The position numbers were made by a program, and so were the translations under genes. Below the pieces are notes generated by a model that searched no databases, was not told the origin of the DNA, and saw nothing but the letters and a program-made list of their open reading frames with translations. This document shows positions 46,690 to 55,550 of a DNA stretch of 64,000 nt, piece after piece. Within the stretch, counting starts at the first letter, position 1; the number at the start of each line of letters is the position of its first letter. The DNA is from an uncultured Actinomycetes bacterium (lineage in GTDB: Bacteria > Actinomycetota > Thermoleophilia > Gaiellales > JAICJC01), in contig OY969804.1 of assembly GCA_963703275.1 (NCBI GenBank), positions 2,963,154-3,027,153 of the forward strand, read 5' to 3'.

Positions 46690-47445
46690 TCAGTACGTGG
46701 CACGCCCGCCGGAGATGTCGAAGGTCGCTCCAGTCGAGAACGACAGTCGTTCACTGGCGAGAAACGCCACGAGCTCTGCCACCTCGTCCACGTGACCCAT
46801 CCGACCAAGGGGGATACGCTCGAGCATATAGTCGATGTGCTCCTGGGAGATCTGCCCCAAGAGCGGTGTACGGATCACGGCCGGGGCGATGCAGTTGACG
46901 AGCACGCCGGTTCCGGCCACGTCCTTGCCGATCGCCTTGGTCATCGCGATCACCGCCGCCTTGCTGGCGGAGTAGGCGGTGGCCATGGGGTTTCCCTCCT
47001 TGCCCGCGATCGAGGCGATGTTCACGATCCGGCCGTAGCCGCGCTCGGTCATCCCGCCCAGCACCGCGCGATTCGCGTAGAAGACGCCGTCGCAGTTGAC
47101 CGCAAAGACGCGCCGCCACTCCGCGTCGGACACCTCGACGGTGTGCAGCGAATCGCCGCCGATCCCGGCCGAGCACACGAGCACGTCGATCGGCCCGAGC
47201 GCGGCTGAGGCCGCGGCCATCGCGGCGTCGACGTCGGCGGATGCGGTGACGTCTGCGCCCAGGCCCAGGGCCGCGTCGCCAATCCCGCGCGCACAGGCCT
47301 CGGCGGCCGCCGCGTCCAGGTCGATCAGCGCGACCTTCGCGCCCAGCCCCGCCAGGTGCGTGGCGCTCGCCAGGCCGATGCCACTCGCGCCGCCCGTAAC
47401 GGCGGCGACCCGGCCGGCGAAGGGTTGAGACGTCGAATCAGGCAT
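46690..47445 (-). CDS. short-chain dehydrogenase/reductase (FabG-like)
   Basis: TGGASGIG, NIASIAG, YSASKAAV catalytic motif. Confidence 0.85.
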   Translation of the reverse strand: MPDSTSQPFAGRVAAVTGGASGIGLASATHLAGLGAKVALIDLDAAAAEACARGIGDAALGLGADVTASADVDAAMAAASAALGPIDVLVCSAGIGGDSLHTVEVSDAEWRRVFAVNCDGVFYANRAVLGGMTERGYGRIVNIASIAGKEGNPMATAYSASKAAVIAMTKAIGKDVAGTGVLVNCIAPAVIRTPLLGQISQEHIDYMLERIPLGRMGHVDEVAELVAFLASERLSFSTGATFDISGGRATY

Positions 47446-47451
47446 GGGCGG

Positions 47452-48795
47452 TCATCCTTTCCGGAAGTGCTCCGCGGAACCGGAGCGAGTTTGCATTGGT
47501 GACGCCTCACGAGGAGGTGCGGAGACCGCGCCGGCGCCGGCATAGGTAGCATGATCGCCCTCGCGGGCTTCGATTTGCAGTAGCCGGTTCCACTTCGCGA
47601 GGCGTTCTGACCTGGTCAGCGAACCAACCTTGATTTGTCCGGCGCTCCAGGCGACCGCGAGGTCGGCAACCCAGGAGTCTTCGGTATCACCGGAGCGAGC
47701 CGAGACGACGACGCCGTACCCCTGCGCCTGAGCGGATCGCGCGACGTCTTCAGCTCGCGAAAGCGACCCGGCCTGGTTGGGCTTGACCAGCACCGCGTTC
47801 GCGATGCCCCGCTCGCACCCGGCTCGGAGCCGTTCGAGGTTCGTGGCAAACAGGTCATCACCGACCAGCTGGACGCCTGCCAGGACCCCAGTGGCCGCTT
47901 CCCAGCCGGCCCAGTCCCGGTCGCCCAGAGGATCTTCGATCGAAAGGATTGGAAACTCTACTCGCCACCGGTTGATCTCGTCGATCAGTCCGGCGCTGGT
48001 GAGTTGGCGATCCTCGAGGCCCAGGCGGTATCCGCCGCCCGACTCCAACTGATTGGCCGCAACATCGATGGCGATGGCGACGTCGACCCCCGGGTCGAAC
48101 CCCGCCGCCTCGATCGCGTCGGTAACCAGTTCAAGCGCTCGGCGGTTGCTTCCGAGCCTCAATCCGAGCCCCCCTTCGTCGGCAACGAGATCCGTGCGCA
48201 AACCCGAGCGGGTTGCGAGTCTGACCGCGGCGGCCCGCACTCGCGAGACGTGTTCGATCGCGTCGGAGAACCGGCGGGCCGCGAGCGGAATCACAAGCAC
48301 GTCCTGCAGGTCGAGCGCACCGGCGGCATGGGCTCCGCCCGAGAGGATGTTGACCATCGGCAGTGGCAAGAGCGGCGGCGTGCCTTTCGGCGCGATCTGA
48401 TACAGCTCGAGTCCGCGACTGCGGGCGTTCGCGAGTGCCCATGCAACCGAAAGCGCCAGAACCGCATTGGCGCCGACGTGTGACAGATTCGGGCTCCCGT
48501 CGGCCTCGACCAACGCGGCGTCGAGCTCGTGCTGATTCTCGAACCGACGACCGGCGATTGCAGGCAGAAGGATGTTGTTTAAATTCTCGACCGCGCGTTG
48601 CACTCCGAGCCCTCCGAACCTCTCGCCGCCATCGCGGAGCTCGGTCGCCTCGTACCGTCCGGTGGAAGCGCCGGACGGCACGGTGGCTGCGCCGGTCGCA
48701 CCTGACTCGAGTCGCAGCTCACAGCCGACGGTCGGCCTGCCGCGAGAATCCAGCGCTTCCCATGCGAGACCGCCAGCGACGACCGGCGCGCTCAC
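47452..48795 (-). CDS. enolase-family protein (divergent phosphopyruvate hydratase paralogue)
   Basis: SGASTG, GGAHA, ADEGG, AIDVAA, SIEDP, VGDDL, VKPNQAG and QIKVG are retained. SHRSGETED is SARSGDTED and QEFMI is QDVLVI. GTG 48795 overlaps the kinase stop. Confidence 0.8.
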   Translation of the reverse strand: MSAPVVAGGLAWEALDSRGRPTVGCELRLESGATGAATVPSGASTGRYEATELRDGGERFGGLGVQRAVENLNNILLPAIAGRRFENQHELDAALVEADGSPNLSHVGANAVLALSVAWALANARSRGLELYQIAPKGTPPLLPLPMVNILSGGAHAAGALDLQDVLVIPLAARRFSDAIEHVSRVRAAAVRLATRSGLRTDLVADEGGLGLRLGSNRRALELVTDAIEAAGFDPGVDVAIAIDVAANQLESGGGYRLGLEDRQLTSAGLIDEINRWRVEFPILSIEDPLGDRDWAGWEAATGVLAGVQLVGDDLFATNLERLRAGCERGIANAVLVKPNQAGSLSRAEDVARSAQAQGYGVVVSARSGDTEDSWVADLAVAWSAGQIKVGSLTRSERLAKWNRLLQIEAREGDHATYAGAGAVSAPPREASPMQTRSGSAEHFRKG

Positions 48796-49793
48796 GGGGC
48801 TCCTGCCATCCTTGCACGTTCGCACAGTTGCCCGACGGACCCGCATGGGTCGAGCAGCAACCGCCGTCCCAGCTCGCGAGCGACGTCCCGCTCGACGGGC
48901 GTGAGGTACTCGGCCGGAGATTTCCCGTCCACGCGGGCGAGCATCAGGCATCCGACTTCCGCGGAGATCTCGTCGACGGGCTCGAGAAGCCGCGCGTCGA
49001 CCGCCTCCCGGTAGGCCATGAGGAACTGCTCGACGCAGCAATGGTATTGGGCCACGAGACCAGGATTGTGGATGGCCTTCAGCAGCAGATGGTTGACCAT
49101 GAACGCGGTGTCGAACAACGGACTCCCGATGTGTGCGACCTCCAGATCGATAATCCAGCGTCCCGTCGGCCCCACCAGGACGTTCTTGGGCGCAAAGTCA
49201 CCGTGGACGAGGCACCGCCGATCCTGGTTGAGCCGGTCGATGCGCGTCTCGATCGCGGCGGCCACCTCTGGCCGACGGGCCGCCGTGGTTCGGTAGTACG
49301 GGTCGATTCGGAGCTGGGTGAAGACGTCTCGATCCGCGAACGCACGTCGCACCGCTTCGTCATCGAGAGAGCACGAGTGGAGGCGCCCCAGAGCCTTGCC
49401 GAGAAAGCGGGCGGTGGCGGACTCCACGACTCCGTCCATCAGATCCTGCTTCCAACTCCTCCAGTCGCGCGGGGCACACTCGATGGTAATGACGTTTGCT
49501 TCGCGATCCACGTCGAGCACCAACGGCACCGTGCCGGGCAGGATCCGGGCCATGATCCGAAGCGCGGCCGCCTCGTTCACCACCCGTCCGACGGGCGCCA
49601 TCCACTCGTCGGCAACCTGTAGCCGGGGGCGCGCCTGCTTGGCCACCAGCCGGCGCCCGCTGGCGGATTCGACCCTCAGGACCACACACGAGACTCCTCC
49701 GCCGAGCTCCTCGACCGTGGCCGCATCGGAGGCGTGGAGCTGCCCCCTCGCGACGAGGTATCGAACCACGGATTGTGGGGCGAGCAGCATCAC
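48792..49793 (-). CDS. MtnK-like / aminoglycoside-phosphotransferase-fold kinase
   Basis: VEELGGGVSCVVLRV, LVAKQARPRLQVADEWMAPVGRVVNEAAAL and Brenner-type LVHGDFAPKNVLV...IIDLE. Overall pattern recalls 5-methylthioribose kinase. Confidence 0.65.
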   Translation of the reverse strand: MMLLAPQSVVRYLVARGQLHASDAATVEELGGGVSCVVLRVESASGRRLVAKQARPRLQVADEWMAPVGRVVNEAAALRIMARILPGTVPLVLDVDREANVITIECAPRDWRSWKQDLMDGVVESATARFLGKALGRLHSCSLDDEAVRRAFADRDVFTQLRIDPYYRTTAARRPEVAAAIETRIDRLNQDRRCLVHGDFAPKNVLVGPTGRWIIDLEVAHIGSPLFDTAFMVNHLLLKAIHNPGLVAQYHCCVEQFLMAYREAVDARLLEPVDEISAEVGCLMLARVDGKSPAEYLTPVERDVARELGRRLLLDPCGSVGQLCERARMAGAP

Positions 49794-49848
49794 GGGCCGC
49801 CTCGCGGGTGACGGGTTCGACCGGCGAAAGGGGCCATCACAGCGGTGC

Positions 49849-49877
49849 TTGACAACCCGATGCCGAGAGCCTAGAGT
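49849..49877 (+). promoter_or_regulatory. sigma-70-like promoter TTGACA-17 nt-TAGAGT
   Basis: Perfect -35 at 49849-49854, 17-nt spacer, -10 TAGAGT at 49872-49877. Lies about 65 nt upstream of the MR/MLE gene. Confidence 0.45.
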
Positions 49878-49944
49878 CGCCTATAAGTTTCAATGAGAGT
49901 GGAGTCTACACCCTGTCGTTCCTCGTCCCGAGGTGGTGTGGCCG

Positions 49945-51120
49945 GTGCGTGTCGAGCACGTTGATCTGACGTTTTTGAACCTCCCGCTCGTGCGTCCAGA
50001 GGTGTGGACATGGGGCAGCCGGTCGTCCTACACAGTTGGGTTGGTCGAGGTGCAGACCGACGTCGGGGTCGTCGGTTTGGGAGAGGTCAACGTCTGTATG
50101 GGCCCCAACCCGGCGGTGATCGCAGCCATGTGCGACCAGTTGTCGGAAAGCCTGATCGGTGAGTCAGCGCTGGCACCCCAGAGGTTCCTCAGTCGTGTGC
50201 TCGGGCTCGGCTGGTATCCGTTCCATCGCACCTGCGCGCTCGTGCTGGGCGGAATCGAGATGGCGCTCTGGGACGCGATGGGCAAGCACCTCGGGCAGCC
50301 GATCTCAACGCTCTTCGGTGGTTCGCTACGCGAGAGCTTCAACTCGATGTACTACGTGCAGTCGCAGGAGAACCTCGCCGACATGGTCGGCCAGGCTTGC
50401 GAGGCGGTTGGGCGCGGGTTCGACACCATCTACTTCAAGGTGGGCATCGGCGAGCAGCGCGACGTCGAGCTGGTGGCATTGATGCGCGAGGGCCTGGGAG
50501 CTGGGCCAAAGATCCGGGTCGACTCGAACGAGGCCTGGAGTCCGGGTACGGCGGTGCGGATCCTCCGCCAGATGGCGCCCTACACGATCGAATACATCGA
50601 GCAGCCCGTGTCGATGTTCGACATCGACGGTATGGCGCACGTGCGAGCCGCGAGCGGCGTTGCGGTCGCCGCCAACCAGACCTCATGGGGGCCGCAGTCA
50701 ATCATGGAAGTGATCCGTCGCAACGCGGCCGACGTGATCATGACCGACCCCCATCAGGAAGGCGGCCTGATCCCGTTCAAAAAGGCGCTAACGGTATGTG
50801 AGATGGCCGGAGTGCCGTTCGTCGTCCACGCCTTCAATGCGACGACCATGTCGTTGCTCGCAGACGTGCAGGTGATGAGCACCTCGACCGCACCGATCCT
50901 GGCCCAGCAGGGCCATCCCGACTTCCTGGCCGACGACTACGTCACTGAACCGCTCGACTACGCCGGCGGCCAGATCCCCGTGCCGCAGCGGCCGGGGATC
51001 GGCGTTGAAATCGACCGCGACAAGCTTGCCCGATACCACGCCCAGTTCCTGGAGGAAGGAATGGCGTCGATCTACCCGCTCTCAACCGAGGCACCGGCGA
51101 TCTATGTCCCTGCGTACTAG
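49945..51120 (+). CDS. enolase-superfamily enzyme, mandelate racemase/muconate lactonizing (MR/MLE) type, copy 1
   Basis: GIEMALWD, YFKVGIG, RVDSNEAW, YIEQPV. GTG 49945 (VRVEHVDL) preferred, preceded by GAGGTGG. The ORF itself opens at 49933. Confidence 0.8.
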   Translation: MRVEHVDLTFLNLPLVRPEVWTWGSRSSYTVGLVEVQTDVGVVGLGEVNVCMGPNPAVIAAMCDQLSESLIGESALAPQRFLSRVLGLGWYPFHRTCALVLGGIEMALWDAMGKHLGQPISTLFGGSLRESFNSMYYVQSQENLADMVGQACEAVGRGFDTIYFKVGIGEQRDVELVALMREGLGAGPKIRVDSNEAWSPGTAVRILRQMAPYTIEYIEQPVSMFDIDGMAHVRAASGVAVAANQTSWGPQSIMEVIRRNAADVIMTDPHQEGGLIPFKKALTVCEMAGVPFVVHAFNATTMSLLADVQVMSTSTAPILAQQGHPDFLADDYVTEPLDYAGGQIPVPQRPGIGVEIDRDKLARYHAQFLEEGMASIYPLSTEAPAIYVPAY

Positions 51121-51139
51121 CGCCCTGCCGGTCGCGCGT

Positions 51140-51745
51140 CTAGAACGATGGGGGGCACACGATGAAGAGCGCGATCGCAGGCGTGCTGCTGACGACCTCA
51201 CAGCGGTGTGGCAGACGGGCGTCGAACGTGATCAGATCCCCGGCCTCCAAGTCGTACACCTCATCGCCCACCTGAAGGCGGACGCTGCCGGCGAGGATGT
51301 AGTTGGCCTCCTCCCCGGCATGGGCGCGTGCCTCGCGAGTGTTCGACCCGCCGGGCGGGAGCGCCCAGCGGCCGACCTCGAACGCACCATCGAACGAGGG
51401 CGACAGCAACTGGAACTCGAGGAACTCGGGAAGCCCGAGATCAATGGCCTCTCCGGAGCGCACAACGCGTGCGGCGGCCCGGCCGGCAAGCAGCTGGAAC
51501 GGAGCCGTCCCGAGCACCTCGGCGATGTTTCGGAGGGAGTCCAACGAGGGCGCAGCAAGGCCGCGTTCGACCTGGCTGAGCAGGCTGACCGAAATCGCCG
51601 CCTGGCCCGCGACGTCAGAGAGCGTACGACCCTGCTGGTGGCGGAGTTTCCTGATCGCCGAACCAAGGTTTCGACGCTCCGCGGCGCGGGCCCAATCGCG
51701 GCCATCGCCCTGCGGGACGCTTCTTCCCTCGGCGATGTCTGCCAT
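51140..51745 (-). CDS. XRE-family HTH plus cupin-domain transcriptional regulator (PuuR-like architecture)
   Basis: HTH LGSAIRKLRHQQGRTLSDVAGQAAISVSLLSQVERG. C-terminal cupin HAGEEANYILAGSVRLQVG. Confidence 0.8.
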   Translation of the reverse strand: MADIAEGRSVPQGDGRDWARAAERRNLGSAIRKLRHQQGRTLSDVAGQAAISVSLLSQVERGLAAPSLDSLRNIAEVLGTAPFQLLAGRAAARVVRSGEAIDLGLPEFLEFQLLSPSFDGAFEVGRWALPPGGSNTREARAHAGEEANYILAGSVRLQVGDEVYDLEAGDLITFDARLPHRCEVVSSTPAIALFIVCPPSF

Positions 51746-51801
51746 GACCCCATCTTAGACGAGCAACCCTCGCCTACAAGCCACCACGAGGAGGATTCGC
51801 G

Positions 51802-53451
51802 ATGAGTTCTGAAGCTGAAACCGGCGGTCCCGGCGTTTCAACGCCCCTCCCGGTGTTCACCCGGAAAGCAACCGGGCTTGTGCGCGAGGTTACCGCCCTC
51901 GACATGGTGCTCTACAACGCCGCGTCGACCTCCCCGATCGGCCTCGTACTCGTGTTCGGCCTGTTCGCTCTGGTGCTGTTCCCGCGGTCCAACTTCTATC
52001 TCGCAATGCTGATCGCCGTCGCCCTCGGAACGGCGGTGTGGACGACGTTCGCTCTGATCAGTGCCGCGATTCCGCGGATCGGTGGTGACTACACATTCAA
52101 CTCCCGGATATTGCATCCGTGGGTCGGCATGGCGGGCTCGCTCTGCGTCCTGATCTCATCGGCTCTGTGGACGGGAATCTTCTGTTATTTCTTTGTCGCC
52201 CAGGGGCTCTCGCCGATCTTCACGGTCATCGGTGCCACTTCCCACTCGCAACGGATCACCAACTGGGGTACGTACTTCTCGGCCGAGCACCAAACCGTCT
52301 GCTTCATCGGCGGCGTGATTGCGTTGGCCCTAATGGCACTTCTCTCCTCACTCGGCACGCACGTCGTCATCCGGACGATGTCAATACTGCTCCTGGTCGC
52401 CGTCGCCGGCTTTGCGATCGACATCCTCATCCTGCTCTTCACAAGCCACACCAGCTTCATCCACACCGTCAACTCGGTCGCCGGTCACAACGCGTACCAG
52501 AAGACCGTTGCGGCCGGAAAGAGCCAGGGCATCTACCCATCTCAAGGCGGATACTCGTCCTCGAACACCCTGGGCGCGATCTACTACGCCTTCACGGTCA
52601 CCATCTTCTGCTTCTGGGGTACGTACATGGCCTCGGAGTTCAAGGGCGCCGGTCGGCGCAAGCGCCAGCTGTCTGTGATGTTGGGAGCGGGTATCGGTCA
52701 AGGCTTGCTGGCACTGATCGCGATTGTCGTGTTCCTGCACACGGTCGGCTACGACTTTTTCGCATCCGCACTCAACGGGAACTACACGGGCACGGGTGGG
52801 GGAACCATCGGCCAGGTCGGCTACGGGTACTTCTCGGCGCTGGTTTCGGGAAACACCTTCTTCGTCACGATCCTCGGTCTGACGTTTCTCGGCTGGTGGC
52901 TGCCGTCGAGCTATTGCAACTCCTCGGTCGTCCAGCGGTACTTCGTCTCGTGGGCGCTCGATGGCCTGCTCCCGTCCAGGCTCGCCAACGTGGATGAGCG
53001 CCGGCACACGCCGATCGTCGCGATCGTCGTCACCTTTGTCCTGTCGGTCGTCGGTGTCGCCTGGACCGCATACAGCAGCACCTTCTTCCAGGTTTTCGCC
53101 TTCGGCACGATGTTCGCGTTCTTCCCGATCGTGCTGGTTGGGATCTCGGGGGCCGTGATGAAGTGGCGCCGGCCCGACCTGTACAAGGGGTCACCCGCCG
53201 AGTGGCGACTGTTCGGCATCGAGGTGTTGCCGATCGCCGGAACGATCTGTTTCCTGGTCGGCTGCTTCGCGATTGGGCTCGTGCTCCACTTCCACACCCA
53301 GCTCGGAATCACCAAGTACTTCACCTATGTCTGGGCGGGGCCCCTGATTGTCTTCATCGTCGCGGCGGTCTGGTGGTTCGTCGCCAAGGCGGTTCAATCG
53401 AGCCGCGGTGTTGACCTGACGCTCGCCTACAAGGTGATTCCGCCAGAGTGA
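51802..53451 (+). CDS. APC superfamily amino acid/polyamine-type permease
   Basis: 549 aa with 12-14 TMS. The N-terminal region (FTRKATGLVREVTALDMVLYN, then IPRIGGDYTF) is typical of APC permeases. Confidence 0.75.
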   Translation: MSSEAETGGPGVSTPLPVFTRKATGLVREVTALDMVLYNAASTSPIGLVLVFGLFALVLFPRSNFYLAMLIAVALGTAVWTTFALISAAIPRIGGDYTFNSRILHPWVGMAGSLCVLISSALWTGIFCYFFVAQGLSPIFTVIGATSHSQRITNWGTYFSAEHQTVCFIGGVIALALMALLSSLGTHVVIRTMSILLLVAVAGFAIDILILLFTSHTSFIHTVNSVAGHNAYQKTVAAGKSQGIYPSQGGYSSSNTLGAIYYAFTVTIFCFWGTYMASEFKGAGRRKRQLSVMLGAGIGQGLLALIAIVVFLHTVGYDFFASALNGNYTGTGGGTIGQVGYGYFSALVSGNTFFVTILGLTFLGWWLPSSYCNSSVVQRYFVSWALDGLLPSRLANVDERRHTPIVAIVVTFVLSVVGVAWTAYSSTFFQVFAFGTMFAFFPIVLVGISGAVMKWRRPDLYKGSPAEWRLFGIEVLPIAGTICFLVGCFAIGLVLHFHTQLGITKYFTYVWAGPLIVFIVAAVWWFVAKAVQSSRGVDLTLAYKVIPPE

Positions 53452-54425
53452 GCGGACTGTTTCGACGTCGCGCTCGCCCGGAGGGCGTCAGGATCTTCTT
53501 CGCCACGGATGTGCACGGCTCGGACCGATGCTTCAAGAAGTTCATCGGTGCCGCCAAGTTCTACAACGCGAGGTATTTGATATTGGGAGGCGATATCACG
53601 GGGAAGACATTGGTGCCGGTCGAGCGCACGACGCGGGGATGGACTGCGCGGTTCGGCGATCACACCTACATCGATATGACCGACAGCGAACGGCGTGATC
53701 TCGAACAATCCATCCGTGACAACGGCCAGTACCCGATCGAGGGCGAACGCGATGTGTTGATGCAACTCCATGACGAGACACACCGCGAGATCGCGTTTCG
53801 CGCCGCCGTGGTCGACGGCATCCGGCGCTGGGTCGCCATTGCCGAGGAGCGGCTTGCCGGCACCGATGTGCGGTGCTTCATCACTCCCGGCAACGACGAC
53901 TACTGGGAAATCGATGAACCGCTCCAGGCCTCGAGCACGGTCGAGTTCGTGGAGGGCCGGTGCGTGCGACTGAACGATGATCACGAGATGATCACCACCG
54001 GCTACTCGAACATCACCCCGTGGCAGTCTCCCCGTGAGATCTCCGAGCCGGAGTTTTCCAAGCTACTCGAGGGGATGTTCACCGAGGTGGCCGACCCGGA
54101 GAACCTCATCTGCGTCTTTCACCCGCCCCCCTACGACACCGACCTCGATCAGGCACCGGCGATCGACTCGGAGTTCCGGATGCAGATGTCCGGTGGGGCG
54201 CCCAAGATGATTCCGGTCGGCTCGACCGCCGTCCGCGCGTTCATCGAGGAGCACCAGCCGTTGCTGGCCCTTCATGGGCACGTGCACGAGTCCAAGGCCG
54301 CCCAGCGGATCGGGCGCACGCTCTGCCTCAACCCCGGTTCGGAGTATCCCGAGGGTGTGCTGAGTGGAGCGCTCGTGACGGTGGGGGCGCGGGAGGTCAC
54401 CGCCCACCAGTTCACGCTCGGCTAA
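53448..54425 (+). CDS. metallophosphoesterase (calcineurin-like)
   Basis: Motifs ATDVHGS, GGDITGK, TPGNDD, LHGHVHES. GTGA overlap with the permease stop. Confidence 0.7.
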   Translation: MSGLFRRRARPEGVRIFFATDVHGSDRCFKKFIGAAKFYNARYLILGGDITGKTLVPVERTTRGWTARFGDHTYIDMTDSERRDLEQSIRDNGQYPIEGERDVLMQLHDETHREIAFRAAVVDGIRRWVAIAEERLAGTDVRCFITPGNDDYWEIDEPLQASSTVEFVEGRCVRLNDDHEMITTGYSNITPWQSPREISEPEFSKLLEGMFTEVADPENLICVFHPPPYDTDLDQAPAIDSEFRMQMSGGAPKMIPVGSTAVRAFIEEHQPLLALHGHVHESKAAQRIGRTLCLNPGSEYPEGVLSGALVTVGAREVTAHQFTLG

Positions 54426-54440
54426 GGAGGCGAGGATCAG

Positions 54441-55550
54441 ATGATCACACGGGACGAGTATCCCCACCGAGTCGAGCGGCTTCGGGTTGGAATCGAGCGC
54501 CTCGGCGTGGATGAGGCCGTCCTGGACGGCGCCGACCATGTCACCCACCTGTGCGGTTACTCCCGCTACCTGGCCGGGCCGAGCGTTGTCGTGCTCACAC
54601 GGGACGGACGGAGGGTGTTGATCGTTCCACGCTACGAGTTCGAGGCAGCCGCGCACGGCGCCCAGGCGGACGATGTGATCGCCTACGGGGACGAGGAGTT
54701 TCTCGACTTCGATCCGGCGCCCTTGATCGCCCGGGCCTGCCGGTCGGTGCTCGCGTCCCCGGTTGTCGGCGTGTGCGGAATCGCTCCCGGGCTGGCTGCG
54801 GCGCTCGGCGATGTGGGTGTCGAGGGGACCGACGTTGCCGGCCCTGTGACCGAGGTGCGGCTCGTCAAAGACGGCGACGAGCTCGTCGCGATGGCGGAGT
54901 CTCGGGTGCACGCGCTCAGAGGGCAGGACGCGATTGACGCACGCGCCAAGCCCGGCGAGCGTGATCTCGACCTCTTCACGGCCGCCTGGTCGGCCGCCCA
55001 GACGAGTGCCGGCGTCCCGGTCGAATTTGTCGGAAGCGTCGCGAGCGGCGCCCACACCGCCGAGGTGGCGCCGCCGGTATACGTGCCCGGCGCCAAACAG
55101 GTAGAGCCCGGCGATCCGCTCCTCTCCGATGTTGCGGTGCGCGTCAACGGGTACTGGAGCGACACGACCCGGACAACGATCGTGGGGGAGAACGACGAGG
55201 CGACCGCAGTCCGCGACGAGATCGCCGCGATCCTGGAACGCTCCGTCGGCCAGATGCGTACGGGAATCCCGGTGAGCGAGTTCTACGGCCACCTTCGTGA
55301 CCAGATCAGCGACCGCTTCCCCGACGGGTGGTTTCCTCACCACGGGGGGCACAGTCTCGGGCTCTCGGTCGGGGAGAACCCTCAGATCATCCCCACGGAG
55401 CATTCGGTGATGCGGCACGGCATGGTGTTCGCGGTTGAGCCAGGGGTGTATTTCCCCGCCCGGTTCGGCGTCCGCGTCGAGGACATGTACCGAGTCACCG
55501 ACGGAGGCGGCGTCCGCATCGACATCGCTGCCGCAGGGGCGTCGGCATGA
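54441..55550 (+). CDS. M24 family metallohydrolase (Xaa-Pro peptidase / creatinase-like)
   Basis: Metal-ligand contexts LSDVAVRVNGYWSDTTRT, HHGGHSLG, VFAVEPGVY, VRVEDMY. Confidence 0.8.
   Translation: MITRDEYPHRVERLRVGIERLGVDEAVLDGADHVTHLCGYSRYLAGPSVVVLTRDGRRVLIVPRYEFEAAAHGAQADDVIAYGDEEFLDFDPAPLIARACRSVLASPVVGVCGIAPGLAAALGDVGVEGTDVAGPVTEVRLVKDGDELVAMAESRVHALRGQDAIDARAKPGERDLDLFTAAWSAAQTSAGVPVEFVGSVASGAHTAEVAPPVYVPGAKQVEPGDPLLSDVAVRVNGYWSDTTRTTIVGENDEATAVRDEIAAILERSVGQMRTGIPVSEFYGHLRDQISDRFPDGWFPHHGGHSLGLSVGENPQIIPTEHSVMRHGMVFAVEPGVYFPARFGVRVEDMYRVTDGGGVRIDIAAAGASA

Noticed and set aside
47452-48795. Annotating the enolase-family ORF simply as housekeeping eno.
   Set aside because: Its operon context (kinase and SDR, inside an accessory cluster) and its altered SHRSGETED and QEFMI motifs argue for a paralogue. 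This cannot be excluded without the rest of the genome.
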